Positions 1-15,779 of a stretch of DNA of 64,000 bases are shown piece after piece. Origin of the DNA: Chrysomallon squamiferum (taxonomy: Eukaryota; Animalia; Mollusca); contig CM022667.1 of the NCBI GenBank assembly GCA_012295275.1, forward strand, positions 14,880,001 to 14,944,000, in the 5' to 3' direction. The position numbers were made by a program, and so were the translations under genes. Position 1 is the stretch's first letter; each line of letters starts with the position of its first letter. The notes beneath the pieces are model-generated. The model was not told the origin of the DNA, did no database searches, and saw nothing but the letters and a program-made list of their open reading frames with translations.

Positions 1-917
1 TGGTATTTGTAGTATTGTGCATATTACTATCATGTAAGCATTATCATCATCACTGCGATTCTTATTATTGTATTATTATTATTGTTGTTGTTGTTGTTGT
101 TATTGTTGCTGTTGTTGCTGTTATCAGTGTTATTAATATTTAGACAGAACAAGTAGAAATAATAATAAAAAATTAACAAAAGACGATGTAAGATTTTATA
201 TTGTCAGGTATTGCAAGCAATAATATTTAGATGCACCGGCGCTTCAAATATAAAGAAATTTCGTTTTAAAAGCATAACTTTCTAACAGATTATTATATTT
301 TCACATCCCGGAATTTCCCCTTGGAAGAAAATTATTTTATTTTATTTTATTTTATAATTAAATCAAAGGCTATCTTCATTTACTTCATCATCTACTCATC
401 TTATTTTTCTTTAATTCTTGATATATATATATATATATTTTATCTTTTTATTTTTATTTTTATTTTTTTTTTTCTCTTCCGAACTCAAACGAAAATTCTT
501 AAAAGGAAACAGGAGACACGAGAGCGCACGCTTATGAAATGTTACGCTAAATAAACGAACACGCGTGCTGTAGATGATTTATGAATTTGCTTGTTGATGC
601 TCCGGAGAGCGCGGAGGAAATCACGCATGTTGCAGTGCATATAATTAAAACTACATTTCTGTGGAAGACTTTCTCTGCGTTGCTTGCTGGCGCTGCACCT
701 CGAGTCAGGACGGCATACTGAATGATATAACCCACGCTAGAATGAATTAACTTTATCTCCCAGGACCTGGCTAATGATAATTATGCTTGTGTGGATTGGG
801 GAGGAACGCCTTTGGCGACAAGATGTCTGTCGTCTGTTATCTGCGGAGCAAAATAAAAACATTAAATACGAAATTAAGTGTATGCGCAGTACACTTGCAC
901 TCTGTTTATTTATTTAT

Positions 918-964
<47 letters not shown>

Positions 965-1700
965 AGTTTCCTTCTTGTTGCAGTTATCCTTTTTATTGGA
1001 AATCCTAATTTCTAAGAACTCTAAATGTCAGTTATTACTGTGATATTGTGACGTTAAGTCTTTTTTACGAAATTATATCTATATGAAATAGTACATAATA
1101 TCTATGTAAGTATGTATATATGTACATATGCATGCATGTATGTGTACGTATCTATATGTGTATGTATGCATGCATATATGTGAGTATATGTATATGTTTG
1201 TGCGTATGTATGTATGCACGTATGCAGGCAAATATATGTGTGTGTGTGTGTGTGTGTGTGTTGGTACTTGTGTCTGTGTGTCTGTGTTTAGGTGTACAGA
1301 CAGATATTAGATGTATGATTTTATGTACGCATCTATGTATGTATAGAATGTGTGAGTTTGTGAGAACGAACCCATAGTTGTAAGTTTTTTGTATGCATCT
1401 ACGTTTGTATGCGAGGTATGTGTCTATACTCAGACATACTACACACACACACACACACACACACGCACGCACACATAAAATTTATATCCTCTACATTCAA
1501 GCACATATCTGCCCAGCTATTCGCGCGCTGTTTGTCTCTCCCCTGTTTAAAATTAAATAAACTTCACTCTCGTTGTGAGCTTGTCAAAATGAAAGTGTGC
1601 AGAAATCATTAAGGTAAATTTGAGACTGTGTCTTTGGGTGGGCCGGGAGTCTCAAAGTTTTCGCTGATTTCTTAGATTACGATGCAGATATCATCAGCGC

Positions 1701-1882
1701 TAGGGGCGGATCCAGTGTGTGTGTCAGGGAGGAACAAAGGGAGGGTGACTGAGCAAATCGAAGTGGATGATATAATTTCAGTTTTCAGCGCTTTTGTTTA
1801 AGGTTAATAAAGCAAACTGTTGGAAAGGAATATGGATGGGGTTGGGGGTTGGGCCCCCCCCCTCTCACTGGATCTGCGCATG
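1701..1882. mobile_element. Short MITE-like element with GGGGCGGATCCAG-type termini
   Basis: Left taggggcggatccag; right ctggatctgcgcatg (11/15 inverted match); G-run/C-run just before the right end. Confidence 0.55.
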
Positions 1883-2047
1883 AATCTTGTAAGTGTGTGG
1901 TTTATTTGGCTTCTCCACCTCACTGTTCTTACCACGTGCTGGGAGGTTTAGTCCGGCTTACAGAGTTTGCCGCCGATAAAGTAGAGTTAATCTTTATATG
2001 ACTTGACGGGTCAAATGATGTTTAACGTAGGATGTACCTTTCTGTTG

Positions 2048-2079
<32 letters not shown>

Positions 2080-2115
2080 TTTTCTGTTGGTTTTTTTTTT
2101 TCTCTCCTTATTCTG

Positions 2116-2162
<47 letters not shown>

Positions 2163-2301
2163 TTTCATTGTTTTTAATTTCATTATTTTTTCCTGTACTT
2201 TATTCCGTGTTTTCATGTTTATATTATTTTTCCGTACTTCACTTTTACTTGTCTGTATGTGTGTGTGTGTGTGTGTGTATATTTATATATAGATATGTAT
2301 A

Positions 2302-2334
<33 letters not shown>

Positions 2335-3566
2335 ATGTATGTATGTATGTATGTATGTGTCTGTATGTATGTATGTATGTGTGTATATATGTATGCATGT
2401 ATGTTTGTATGCGTGTATGTGTATATGTGTGCGTATGTATGATGCATATATATATATATAAAATGTATGTTTTATGTATGTAATGTGCGTATGTATATAT
2501 GTACACACACAGTATGTATGTATAGTTTATATGTGATGTTTTCTTGTTTGTAGAACTGGTCTTGTTGGTGTTGGTGGTATTGGTTTTAGTGGTGTTCATG
2601 GTGATGGTGTTGGTGTCGTTGACATTGTTGATGTTATTGCTCTATTTGGTAATAGCGTCGTTGGCGTTGATGGTGCTGTAATTGCTGTGGCTGGTGTTGG
2701 TGTCGTTGATGGTGGTGGTATTACTCATGTTACTGTAACATTAAAACGAGAAGAAATGCTGTTACATACATATTCATTTAACTTGTAGTAATACTTTTTT
2801 TATTTTATTTATTTATTTTGTTTTTACCTAACTGTAAGCATACGGTACTTTCTTCATAATTCTGCTGCTAAACGTTTGTTGCAGGTTACGTAAGCGAAAG
2901 TGCAAATATCTTTTCGTTTTCTTTTTTTTTCTTTCACTGCCCTTGTCACTCAAACACGATCTATTTTTTTTTTTTTTTTTTTTTTTTTTTGCAGGTCTCG
3001 ATAAAGCAAGACGTATGAGCGATGTAAATGCCGGCGAGGTTACTCTTTCTGTTTCTTTAACAAAAGCAAAAAAAAAAAAAAAAAGATAAAAACCAATTTT
3101 CAGCTGGATTGCTGAGAATCAAGCAGTGAAGATTACACATTTTGGTGTCATCGGGTACGTCAACGTCAGACGTCGTCATATGAGAAGACGAGGTAGAGAG
3201 AGAGAAAACAGCGTCATGTGTCGAATAACGAAAATATTTATTGCTCAAAGTTTCTCTCCTTTTTAAAAATATTTTTTTAAATATTTTTTTAACTTTCTTT
3301 TTTAACTTTTTATTTTTGTTTTAATGATATATTTTTTATAATAATATTGTTTTTAGTCAGTTTTTGCGAAGATTATTTTTACTATATTTTTGTTTTAATG
3401 ATATATTGGTACAACGTCAAAGATTAAATCCAAAAGAAATATATTTTCTATAATAACCTACGACAAAACTCAGTAACGAAGAGAATTTCCACTACTACGA
3501 CTCCTACTGCTGCCTACTACTACTACTATTATTGCTATTACTGCTTTTAGAACTATTACTAACACT

Positions 3567-3673
<107 letters not shown>

Positions 3674-4939
3674 TGCGGCTGCTCTATCAATGCTACATCT
3701 GTGTTATCATTATTTTGGAAATGTCATTTTTAGTTATAATATTATTTCATTATACTGGCATTCAAGATATCCTCAACAAATTTATAACTAACAGCCACAA
3801 GAAGATTGTGGAGAGCGACAAGATGAAAGAAGAAACAGGTGTTGTTCGGAAATTCGGGATTATCAAGTTTATGTTTAGTTTCTATTTACACACTTTTACG
3901 TGATTTTCCTTGTGTTTGCGCTTTCTTGTCTTTTTCAGGAATTTTGGAAACCTGATAACGACCGTTGAAACGGTTTCTTTTTTTTTATTTTTATTTATTT
4001 TTTTTTGGTCCATACTGTTTGCACATTTACGAAGGTAAACATAGCAAGACAAAATGATGATGATGAGAAGACAAAATCTCAGCTAGATACAATTATCTGT
4101 ATCGCCATTATCTTCAGCAGAGTAATAGTCATCAGTAATTAATATGATATATTTTTTTGTTGCTGCTGTTTGTTTCCTGCTTTTCTTTCTTATTGTCTTC
4201 TTCTTCTTCTTCTTCTTCTTCTTATTATTATTATTATTAGTAGTAGTAGTAGTAGTAGTAGTAGTAGCCATAATAGGAGGAGTAGGAGCAGTACAGGGAT
4301 AGCAATAGTAACAGTAGGAGTATTGGTAACGATAGTTGTAGTAGGAGCAGGGGTAGTTATAGTAATAGTAGGAGTAGGACTAGTGATATCATTAGTAGTA
4401 GTAGGAGTAGGAGCAGTGATAGCAATAGTAGTAGTAAATGTAGGAGCAGTGATTGCAATTGTAGTAGTAGGAGTAGTGACAGCAATAGTTATTATTATTG
4501 TTAACAGAAAACTTAACAAGTTCAATTCCTCGTATTCTTTCCCTATCTTTCTTTCCTCAGTCGACATAAAAAAAAACTAGAAACGAGCGTAGGAAACAAC
4601 ACCTTTTTCTCCCATAAACTGTCAAGGGATACGTGTTCAATTGTCTTTCCTGGGATATCGTTTAGCTCGACTGATAACATGTTCGAGTGTTTCCCGATAA
4701 CGTGTACGGGTGTTTAATCTGACGCATACGCTTCAGTTAGACGTATCAACACGGTGACTCACTCGCTTACCTGTTATATCATTCAACAGTGACGATCCGA
4801 GCAGGCGAAACTCCTCGCATTATCAAACCAGTTGTTGAGGCGATTGTTAGGAATGACGGGGATGGGAATGATGGCGGGAGGGATAGGATCGAGGAGGGCC
4901 GGTGAGAGAGAGGGAGAGGGGAGAGGGAGAGGGGAGAGG

Positions 4940-5010
<71 letters not shown>

Positions 5011-5706
5011 CGTAAATATGTAGTTGAATCCTTTATGATTGTAATCATTCATTTAAGATGAGTGTGTATGAAATACTGCAATAATATTTCTCCAGCTAAT
5101 TGTAAAAATGTTTGTTGATTTGGAAGGTCATATAGTGACTATAGTCAGATATAGGTCCAGAAAGACAAGTCGCTATAATAATTAAACACTGTTGGTTTGT
5201 GTAGATGTGTCGGTTTGGAGTGTTCAGTCTGTTGAAAGGGTAGTGGTTCTGACGGGTAGCAGTTGTGTTTTAGAGAGTTGGAAGCAATGGGTGGAATGAT
5301 AAGTAGATCAGTAACTCATTTGCTTGAGTAGTCATTCAGTAATCTTTCTAATGCAACAGAATAATACTATTGCTTTTATTTCTAGTCATTTGTTTGAAAA
5401 AATAGAGCCAGTAGGTGATGGGTTGTAACAGAAAAGCGGACACGGTGTACATATACTAAACAGATGAATGACTAATTTATATTGGTTCACGAAGATATTG
5501 CACTTTCTCGTTTCAATTGTTTAAAACAGTTGGGCGGGTTTGGTAGACATAAACAAATACAGACAGACAGACAGTCAGACACCTAAGTTAAACTGTAGAT
5601 ACGAAGCGGGTTCAATTACTGGGGCGAGTGATTGGTAGGGTGGAGCAATAGATATAAAAACAAAGTTTGGTCTGTGAGTGTGCATGAGTGTATGCATGCA
5701 TGTTAT

Positions 5707-5789
<83 letters not shown>

Positions 5790-6201
5790 CCCCCCATGTA
5801 TTGATACATACACATATGCATATATATATACACATACAGATACTACGTAAAGATTAAAATTTGAACATAGTGTACTTTCAGTGATTCGTTATGAAGTGCT
5901 TGTTAGCGTGGTTGACTAGATACAGTATATTTGAGTAAAACTTCAGGTAGAGACACAGATACACAGCCTCACTCACTTGGGACTTTATATCACAATTTTC
6001 AGCACTACATTGTCTGTGGATAGATAGAAACAGTGAGAGTTGAAATGGTAAGCCAGATGCACATACAGAAGGTTGATTGTGTAAGACTGACAGGATGTCT
6101 GATAGGTAGAACAGCAACCACAACACCACCAACAACAACGATAACAACAACAACAACAACGACAATAATAATATTAATAATAATATGTAGATCTTCGTAG
6201 A

Positions 6202-6237
<36 letters not shown>

Positions 6238-6304
6238 ATACACACGCACATACATACATACATAAATACATACATATACATTATATGTGTGTGTATGTGT
6301 GTAA

Positions 6305-6335
<31 letters not shown>

Positions 6336-6456
6336 ACAAAACAATAATTATGTTGTTGTTGATGGTGAATATACGAATATAAGAATATTTAAAATAAACA
6401 ATTCATATTAATAATAACAATCGGCAACTATACTATCATTACTACCAACAACAACT

Positions 6457-6490
<34 letters not shown>

Positions 6491-6773
6491 AAAATATATC
6501 AACAATTTACATACCTACTGGAAGATCAGAAATATAAAATGTAAAAAAAGAAACCTGTCTGTGACGCAATACAATAACACATAATTGTCTTTAATGACGT
6601 AATACAATCGGAATAAAATACAATGTTGAAAACACAAGGAAAGTAAGTAACGAAAATGCAAGTATTTCGACAATATAGTACAGGTAAGACAGATAGAAAG
6701 ACAGAAAGATAGAGAGAAGCACTTAATAAGAAATAAAGAAATACATTTTAAAAAAGTGATCCTGAGCACGAGA

Positions 6774-6857
6774 GAGTGGGAAACTAATTAGACAAATTCA
6801 CTTCAGACTGAGTCTCCATTTTCCGAATTTAACTCATTATTATTGTTATTGTTGTGC

Positions 6858-6922
<65 letters not shown>

Positions 6923-6994
6923 AATAATAATGATTTAAATTTGGATAATGGAGACTCAGTCTAATGTGATTTTGTCTCATTAGTTACCGCTCCC
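6774..6994. repeat. Inverted repeat, ~75-bp arms around a (TTA)n core
   Basis: aactaattagacaaattcacttcagactgagtctccattttccgaattt... mirrored by ...aaatttggataatggagactcagtctaatgtgattttgtctcattagtt. Confidence 0.85.
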
Positions 6995-7013
6995 ATCTTC
7001 TTAGCATGAATTT

Positions 7014-7053
<40 letters not shown>

Positions 7054-7284
7054 ATTTTATTGATGTTGTTGTTGTTGCTAGCGGAAGAAATATATCTAGC
7101 TATCTGTCTTTCTGTACGTAAATTGTTCTGTTTGTTAGTATGTTTGGTTTCGTCTCAATTCCGTCACACTGAAGTTCGAGTGGACGTACTACTAGCACTG
7201 AAACTATTAGTACAACGATTACTCCTACTGTTACTATCACTACTACTAATATTACTACAAGTGCAGCTACTACTGCTGCTGCTG

Positions 7285-7318
<34 letters not shown>

Positions 7319-7376
7319 TGATAATAGTAATACACGTGCAGGTTTTGCTGATAATAATAATAATAATAATAATAAC

Positions 7377-7407
<31 letters not shown>

Positions 7408-8296
7408 GTGGTGAAGATAATGATGATGATGTTGATGATATTTAATTTTCTGGAAATTAAAGAAATATGTATAATTGTATTTTAATCCCCTTTACAAGTT
7501 ACAAAGGCTAACTTTTTTTTGCCATACAAGGGAGATTATTCTGTTATCTGAAGGTGATAAGGACAATTGACAGACAATCTACTTCTGTTTATTTATTTAT
7601 TAATTGTTACTATTATTATTATTATTATTAGTGTTGTTGTTGTTGTTGTTGTTGTCGTCGTCGTCGCCGTTGTTATTGTTGTTATTGTTATTATTATTAA
7701 TTAGTTAATAAGTTAATATTGTTCACTGCACATCGTATTTTATTATATAGATATATTTTTAACGATATCGTTAGGGCACATCTTCCTACTGGTCGACAAA
7801 AAAAAAAAAAACCAACCCAATCCCCCGAAAAAAAACAAAAAACAAAAATAAAAACACCATTGTAAATAATAATAGCAAATAAATCAAAACAACAACAGTA
7901 GTAATAAGGCATATAAAACATAAATAAATAAATAATTCAGACTGTTACATAACGAGATAAAACAACGAGGAAAAGAAAAGAGAAAGAAAGAAAAGGAGAA
8001 AGAGAGTTAGAAAAAAAAACTAATGCCGCAGAAGATAAATCAAAAGTACACGCGATCTCGGTCAAGGTCACAGTAATACGGAACGAAGCAGACGGCAGAA
8101 ATGCAGTGCACCTTTTTGTACCTAGCTGTGCAGTTACTGCAGCTGTTAAATATATGCATGTAAGTACCAGATAGGAACAGCTTGCAGCGAGATGGTAAAA
8201 AACTTAACTTTAACTCTCGTATTTCTTGCAGATGTAATCCTCGAAATATATGAACCGTGTAAAGAAGAAGAAAGGTGAAGAAGGAAGAAAAACGAT

Positions 8297-8327
<31 letters not shown>

Positions 8328-11039
8328 GACTAAAGATTAAAAAAAGTACTATATAAGTAAAAATCAAATCACAGACACATGCACACACATACACACTTTT
8401 ATTCACAGATCCACACATAAATATCCATATATACGAAAATCAGTTCAGTCACTTTTTTTTACACACACACACACACACACACGCACTCTCGAAACTATGT
8501 TATTAAATACTAATTATTACATTAATAAATAACAGCTACATTTTTGAATTAATCTGAATAAATAAGATACAAATTAATTTCCACTTAAATTTTACAAATT
8601 AAAAAAACACACATAAATACTTAATGAATATCTCATGCTTCCATCCACCTAAATGAAAGGACAATCCGATAAGCACATTAATCTCTGGTTCACTGTATGA
8701 CATCATATATATTAATCATAATATAAAGGAAACTTTTTTACCGATTAACAGCAAGTGATCATTTATAAGGCACTTTCATACTGATCTATCGACACGAAAC
8801 CCCATTCTGCGAACATTTTTGTTATATCAGTCATGGAGTACTTTCTAGAACGGGCGATAGCACTTGGGTTGCACCAAGCACCGATCCCGGAACCCTAGAC
8901 GCTTCATTACAGCGCTAAAGCAGTGAACCCAACGTCTGTCTACGCAGGAGAAGCAATAAAAAGGATATAATATGAAAATAATAGTAATCGACCGAAAAAC
9001 AAAGCATTAGATCAAATTTATATAACATGCACAATAAAACTGATATTAGAAATTTCCCTAATTACGCGTTTCGATGCCAAAATTTGGTACAGCTGTCTTC
9101 AATTTTACCGAAATAGAATGGTGCAGTTCAACAGCTATGCTATGAGCAGCCACTGCATTTATTTCTGTTAAAACTATTTGTTTTGTGTTACGTGAAAAAA
9201 GAAAAGGTGACGACTGAAAAGATTTAAGGATGGAAAAAAAAAGAAGAAAAAAAAAAATAGAAGGAAATAAAGAAGGAAGAAAGAAACCTAATAACACACG
9301 CTCACATAAACAGAACAATTAATCTGTTAGACAAACCTATATACGTGCTTGCACACACATACATACATATACAAGCACATGTACACACAGATATGTACAT
9401 ATACGTGAATTTATGGAGAAAGAGAATACGTATATACATACATGCCTACATATTTAAGCATAAAGACGGACAATGACAAACATACTGACAGACATATAGG
9501 TAGCTACCTACAGAGGCCGACAGAGAGATAAATCAAAGGCGAAACTGAATATTAAAACCGTCGGTATTTATTTTATTAGCAAGAGTGACAGACATAAACA
9601 GTACTGAAAGAGAAAAGAACTGTTACTGACGACAAACAGAAACTCGAACAACGACTGGATTAGCAAAAGACAGAACAAGAATATGTTTTTATTAGGATAA
9701 GAAGTCAATATATTTGTAGAAAAAAAGAAGGAGAAAAATAATTTCACTAACAAAAAAAAAAAAAAAAAAAAAATTAAAACATAAATAAAGAAAAAGAAAA
9801 AGAAGTAAAAAAATATATATATAAATAAAAATAAAGGAAAGAACGAAATTAAACTGAGAGAGGTAAAATGAATACAGGAAATCCTGGCTTGATCTCTGGT
9901 CCATGACTAAGCATGATGTGGCTGAATGAAGCAGAGAACCAGTCGAGGTTTGGTTATCCAGACACAAGTGTCTCCGCTACACAAACACCAGACTCTGCAC
10001 TCAGCGCCGTTAAACCACGGAACAACACGACGTATGCTCAAGTGCCTTTTCGTTCATTTCCGGTCTTCTTATGGTGTTTATTCCGTTTTTGTTTGTTTTT
10101 TTGTGGGTTTTATTCTTAACTGTTTTTTATTTTGTTTCGTGTGATATCAGTACGGGACCTTTTTAAACTTTTAAAATTTCTTTATACATATATACATACA
10201 GACAGTCAGACGTGTGTGTGTGTGGGGGGGGTTGGTTTTGGTTTATATTTCTTTTGACTGACCGTTTAATTATGAACTGTCAACAATCGCTAAAGATGAT
10301 ATAATTTTCTGACAATAAATCATTATCTCAAATATTATTCATACACTAGTTTTTTATGGGATTTTATGGGTTTTTTATGTGCGGTAATGAACTGTTTTTG
10401 CAAGCAGGACTTCACCTACTACCAATAACTAAATGTCTATAAGCAATACAAAATATTTTTCAGGTGCCATTTCTTCCGGGTGCCATTTTTTTATGTGCAT
10501 ATATATATATATATATTAGTTTATTCTAATTTTTTTATATTCTTTTTATTTTAATGTTAATTTTTAATTTCCCTCAGCAGAGGCTGATAAACAAAGCAGT
10601 AAACCTTTCACAGATCCATTTCATTATTTTCGTCAAGATCGTAGCAAAATGTATGCTTCTATTTATTCAATTTCATCGTTTACAAGGACATGAAACGATA
10701 AATGTGTCAGCCTAGTTCTTCGATGGTTTATGCAGATAAATATGAATAATTTCCCCCCTGATACTGCCAAGAACATTTTCTGTAGTTTGTCAGAATCGAG
10801 ATAATACACAGGTGACAGACGTGTTACACCACTTATGGGGCCAACAAAAAATTCAAAAAGATTCAAGACATTTGGTGAGTTCTTGATTATCTTTGTCTTC
10901 TTCTTCGTCGAATGCTAATTATATCTGTCTTGACATGTTTGTTACGTCTTGCAGACTTGTTGGGACGCTTGATAGTTTGCACCTGCTTTCATTTGTCTTT
11001 GGAAGAACCTATCTCATTTCTGGGCTGTATATGTTTATG

Positions 11040-11570
11040 TATATATGCGTGTACACAAACAGACAGACAGACAGACAGACAGACGCGCACACACACACAC
11101 ACTCACATATATATATATACATATATATATGTATATATTTATACATTTATAGTTTATGTGTATGTGTATATGTGTGTGTATGTATGTCTATATATATATC
11201 TATATATGTGTGTATATATTATATATGTATATATATATATATGTATTTATATATATATATATATATATATAAACACACACATATATGTAAATATATACAT
11301 ATATGTTTATGTATATATCTATATGTATGTGTATGCGTTTGTATATATATATATATGTGTGTATATATACACACACACATATACACACACATATATATAT
11401 ACACATATATATATATATATATATACATATACACACATATATATATATATATATATAGACATATATATATATATATACAAACGCATACACACACATATAG
11501 ATATATATATATATAAAGGTGTATATATATATATCTATATATATCTATAGATAGATAGATAGATAGATAT
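11040..11570. repeat. Long compound (TA)/(CA)/(GATA) microsatellite field, representative of dozens of (AG)n, (TAA)n, (TAC)n and (TG)n tracts across the window
   Basis: Directly visible. Confidence 0.95.
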
Positions 11571-11857
11571 ATCTTTAGCTGTCAGAAATAATGTCGCCTG
11601 CGATTATCTAACTGGACTGTTATTCACTGATGTTAATGTAATGCCCCACGAGTGACACATCAAAGTCCATGATAACTGTTTTTCTAACAATGAAAAAAAA
11701 AAAAAAAAAAAAGTTCGCTGATTTAAATAATCATTTAGCACATCAAGATAGGTTCCTTGAATGTATGTCTACGAAATTTCACAGAACATAAGTACATTTC
11801 AAAAAGTAGCGTAACTCTAATACCGGCAGGAAATTCCCTGTCTTATATATAACCATT

Positions 11858-11913
<56 letters not shown>

Positions 11914-12184
11914 TATTATTATTATTATTATTATTTTGTTTTTGTTGTTGTCGTTGTTGTTGTCGTTATTATTATTATTATTATTATAATTATTATTATT
12001 ATTATTATAAATAAATAAATAAATATATAAATAAATAAAATAACACTAAATACCTAGTAATTGACTAATATTAAAATACTGATATTCTGCGACTGACGTG
12101 GGTAGATTATTCTGCTAAATTCTATGAATGTGAAAATATGTACAGCGTATATTATACGACCCGGTTGTTTAATTAACAAAATAT

Positions 12185-12215
<31 letters not shown>

Positions 12216-14390
12216 AAGAAGAAGCAGAAGCAGAAGAAGATTAAGAAGAAGAAGAAGAACAACAACAACAACAATAGAGGATTTTTGTACGCACATCTAC
12301 GGACGTCGAGAAAAGTCTGCACCATTGTAAGAGCAAATATTCATTAATTCATTCTGTTATATGTTTTATGTCACATACATATTCAATCAACACAGCATAC
12401 TACCATCTGCTGAACACATGTCAGTCGGTTGCCAGGAAACAGAGATATTTTTAAAATCTAGGTTACGTAGCATGTAACTCTTTGACATGACATTGAGGTC
12501 ACAACAATCAGCAAAGTGGGACGCTTCAGAAAACAAGCAGATTTTTAATAAGCAAACATGAATTAACTGATCTCCCACATGTAATAAAGTTTAAATACAG
12601 ATGTTTAATATGGTATTCTCAAGCCATTCAAACTGTGTTAAACAAGCATCATAATAGATGCAACCATTATTTTGGTGACGTGTTGTAAATATTCGTTTAA
12701 AATAAATTAAAAGTTAAAAAAGGAAAAAAATTAAAAAGAAAGAAAATGGTAGAAAAGAAATAAGAATGAAAGAAAAAAGTCAGTTGAAAGTATTAAGTTA
12801 GCCGCTGAATGAAAATGAGGTAAATATATTTATGTTAATTTATGTTTACGTATGATAACAAAATACATGATAGTCGTTTGTCAAGTTGCAGACAGGACAA
12901 TAATAATGGCCTGTTCTTATAAATAAATAAATAAAGTAATAAAGTAATGTAAAATAAATTATTTAAATATCTTTTGTCATCTTTTCATTTAATTATGTTT
13001 ACTCAGTGTAGTTTTATGACAATTCCAGTGTAATATTAGAATGATATGTAACGTTATTAAAGTACCTTTAGAAAAATGCATAAAAGGCTGAGGCGTTTTT
13101 TATTTCCTGCTGCCAGAGCTTAACAATGAAATAACCTTGAAAAAGTAATAAACGAAAACCAAAGGAAACCCAGTTTAAATCCTTAGACTGTATCAACGGC
13201 AGTAAATTTATCATATTGATATAATTATTATATATTGATAATTAACAAACAAACAAATAAATAAAATATAAAGTTCATTAATATAGCATAAAATAAACAC
13301 TAAATAACTGAATATAAAGAAGAAGAAGAATTTTTGAAACTCTCTTAAAATATTTTCAAATTCAAATACTGAAAACAAAGATATTATCCAGACCAAATTT
13401 TTATTCACTAAATAATACCAATTATAAATCACAGGAACAAAACTAGTTTTAGCTTATTTTTCTTTATCAGAGAAATGTTGTTTGAAACATATTATTGTCA
13501 CTATAGTCTCTGTTTTGTGCATTTAACTCCCAGTGGAATGAAATTTGTGCGAATATTGTTTGGGTGATTTTTTTTTTTTTTTTTTTTTTTTGAAACATAA
13601 AAAGTCACTTCCAAAATGTTGAAATATGTTTATGTTTATATTGCCTAACCATCAACAGTCAAGAAAAATAGATCTTCTGTTCTTCAGAAATCGCGTTGAC
13701 AGTATTCCCAGAATGAATTGTCCTTTTAATATACCAGACAAGTTTATTTGTTATTATTATTTTTTAAAGTTGTTAGTATCCAACAGTTATCGACTGAATT
13801 TCAGTTTCCTTTGTTACTTATAAAAGTCGAAATATTGTGCGTGTTCATTTCACATAATATTATTTGTAAATAGTTCCATGCGGAAAATTTGTGCGTAAAC
13901 AAATTAAATGTGTTGATATCCTTGCAATATCATGTTGCTGGTGTTGTTGCTGCCGCTGTTGTTGATTATGGTTTTGTTGTAGCTGCTATAGATAATTCAG
14001 GGGTTTTTTTTTGTTGTCGTTGATGTTTGTTTTGTTTTGTTTTTCTAGTTACAATGTTCTGTGTTCTTTTTCTTGGTATTCTTCTTCGTACATTCAGGAT
14101 TATTTCTTTTCTGTTTATAATGTTCCTTGGAAAGTTTTTTTATTATTTTTTTATTTTTATTTTTTATATATTTGTTTTAGGCAAATGTCATCCCTCAATA
14201 GAAAAAAAACCAAACACTAATGTTGATCGAATCTTTCCGGCTTCATTCGTTAGTTTATCATAAGCAAAAATAAAAATCGTTTTATAAGAGCAATCGTAAT
14301 GTCTAAAAAGCACTTACAGAAAAACAGTTTTCTCCGTAGACACACCCCTCGTCTGTCTCGACAAGAAAAGAAAAGAAAAAAAAAATCCGT

Positions 14391-14609
14391 TTAACTCTCC
14401 CGCTGCATCTCTCGGTATCTGTTAACATTCATCAGAACATACACCTGTGGACTGATCGTTACCATAATCATGGGCACTCCGATCATCAATTTTTTAGTAA
14501 AAGACATCGGGTACCTTGGTGGTCCGGATATTACACTGCGCCTCGGTATGGCAGCACTTTTAACCAGAGGTGCAGACTTCAGACAGATCTTTGTCAATGC
14601 AGACGACAT
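14391..14609 (-). CDS. COX8: Cytochrome c oxidase subunit 8-like protein, copy 1 (72 aa, single exon)
   Basis: ATG-started ORF with a basic, acid-free presequence, then RRSVISGPPRYPMSF, a ~20-aa hydrophobic segment and YVL...YR. This matches the invertebrate COX8 pattern (SGPP..xS..K..G..TM..YK/R) as I recall it. Confidence 0.85.
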   Translation of the reverse strand: MSSALTKICLKSAPLVKSAAIPRRSVISGPPRYPMSFTKKLMIGVPMIMVTISPQVYVLMNVNRYREMQRES

Positions 14610-14686
14610 CCTTTTCTTTCTTTGTTGTTTTTTGGGGATTTTTTTTCGTTTCAGATTCTAACCGATGACTGGCTGGGGGAGAAGTC

Positions 14687-14723
14687 AAACTGGACGTAAT
14701 TACGTAGTTAGACAGCTTATATA
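14687..14723 (-). promoter_or_regulatory. TATA box plus Initiator-like core promoter of COX8 copy 1
   Basis: Minus strand TATATAA at 14723-14717 and CCAGTTT (Inr-like, A at 14691) 32 nt downstream, which is canonical spacing; the A lies 82 nt before the ATG. Confidence 0.5.
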
Positions 14724-14941
14724 CAGATTGAGCTTGCAGTTTAGGGCGAGTGCGTTTATGTTCACACGTAGTCAAATCTATATCAGACAGCCAGAATGCG
14801 GTCAAGGTAAAAATAATACAAATAAAAACAGATAAAAGAGGCGCTCTGTGGGTGCATAATTATAAATTGTTCCAAGGTGACATTAAAAAAGAAGGCAAAA
14901 AAAAAAAAAAAAACAACAACAATATAATAGAATAAAAATGG

Positions 14942-14988
<47 letters not shown>

Positions 14989-15093
14989 AAATGGAAATAA
15001 TCAATGCAGAATGTGATAATGATGACCATACTAATATATGTATTATTTAATAAATAAATAAATTAATTAATTAATTAATTAATTAATTAATTA

Positions 15094-15150
<57 letters not shown>

Positions 15151-15407
15151 CATAAAATCAGTTCATTTTTCTCAAGGCTGTATGTTTATAATTTAACCAG
15201 TTTTATTTTATAATAAACTAGCTAGATACATTTAACATCGATTATTTAAATAACGATTTACAGCTATATTCAAGAATCTATGTTAATGGTTCAAGGTTGT
15301 TTCAAAACACTGCAGATGTGATCACGTGAACATTAACCCACTTCCCGATAGTTATCGAGTAGAGTGCTTGAGGTAGACTTTAATCGGGCATTTTTCATCA
15401 TAATAAA

Positions 15408-15445
<38 letters not shown>

Positions 15446-15534
15446 TAACAGTAATAATAATAATTTTACTTATTATTTATTTATTTATTTATTTATTTAC
15501 TAATTTATTTATTTTATTATTTTATTATTTTATT

Positions 15535-15574
<40 letters not shown>

Positions 15575-15729
15575 TATAACTCGCTTTTCTGAAAGTCAAT
15601 TTCTCGTTGTGTCATTGCGGTCTAAAGATAGGTGGTAATAATTATGCAAAACGTAATGGGGCCTGTTTTAGGATAATTCCATTGTTGTAATATCATCTAA
15701 ATTCAACAAAATTAAATAACACTTCCTTA

Positions 15730-15779
<50 letters not shown>

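Noticed and set aside
500-900. GC-richer island that looks exon-like
   Set aside because: All frames I read are interrupted by stops within ~60 codons and no motif is recognisable; no call can be supported.
4170-4580. Hydrophobic Val/Ile/Gly-rich ORF resembling a multi-TM protein
   Set aside because: Derived from a degenerate (GTA/GGA)n repeat of ~30-bp periodicity.
8870-8935. tRNA-like sequence on the minus strand
   Set aside because: No complete cloverleaf or intact B box; at most a decayed SINE head.
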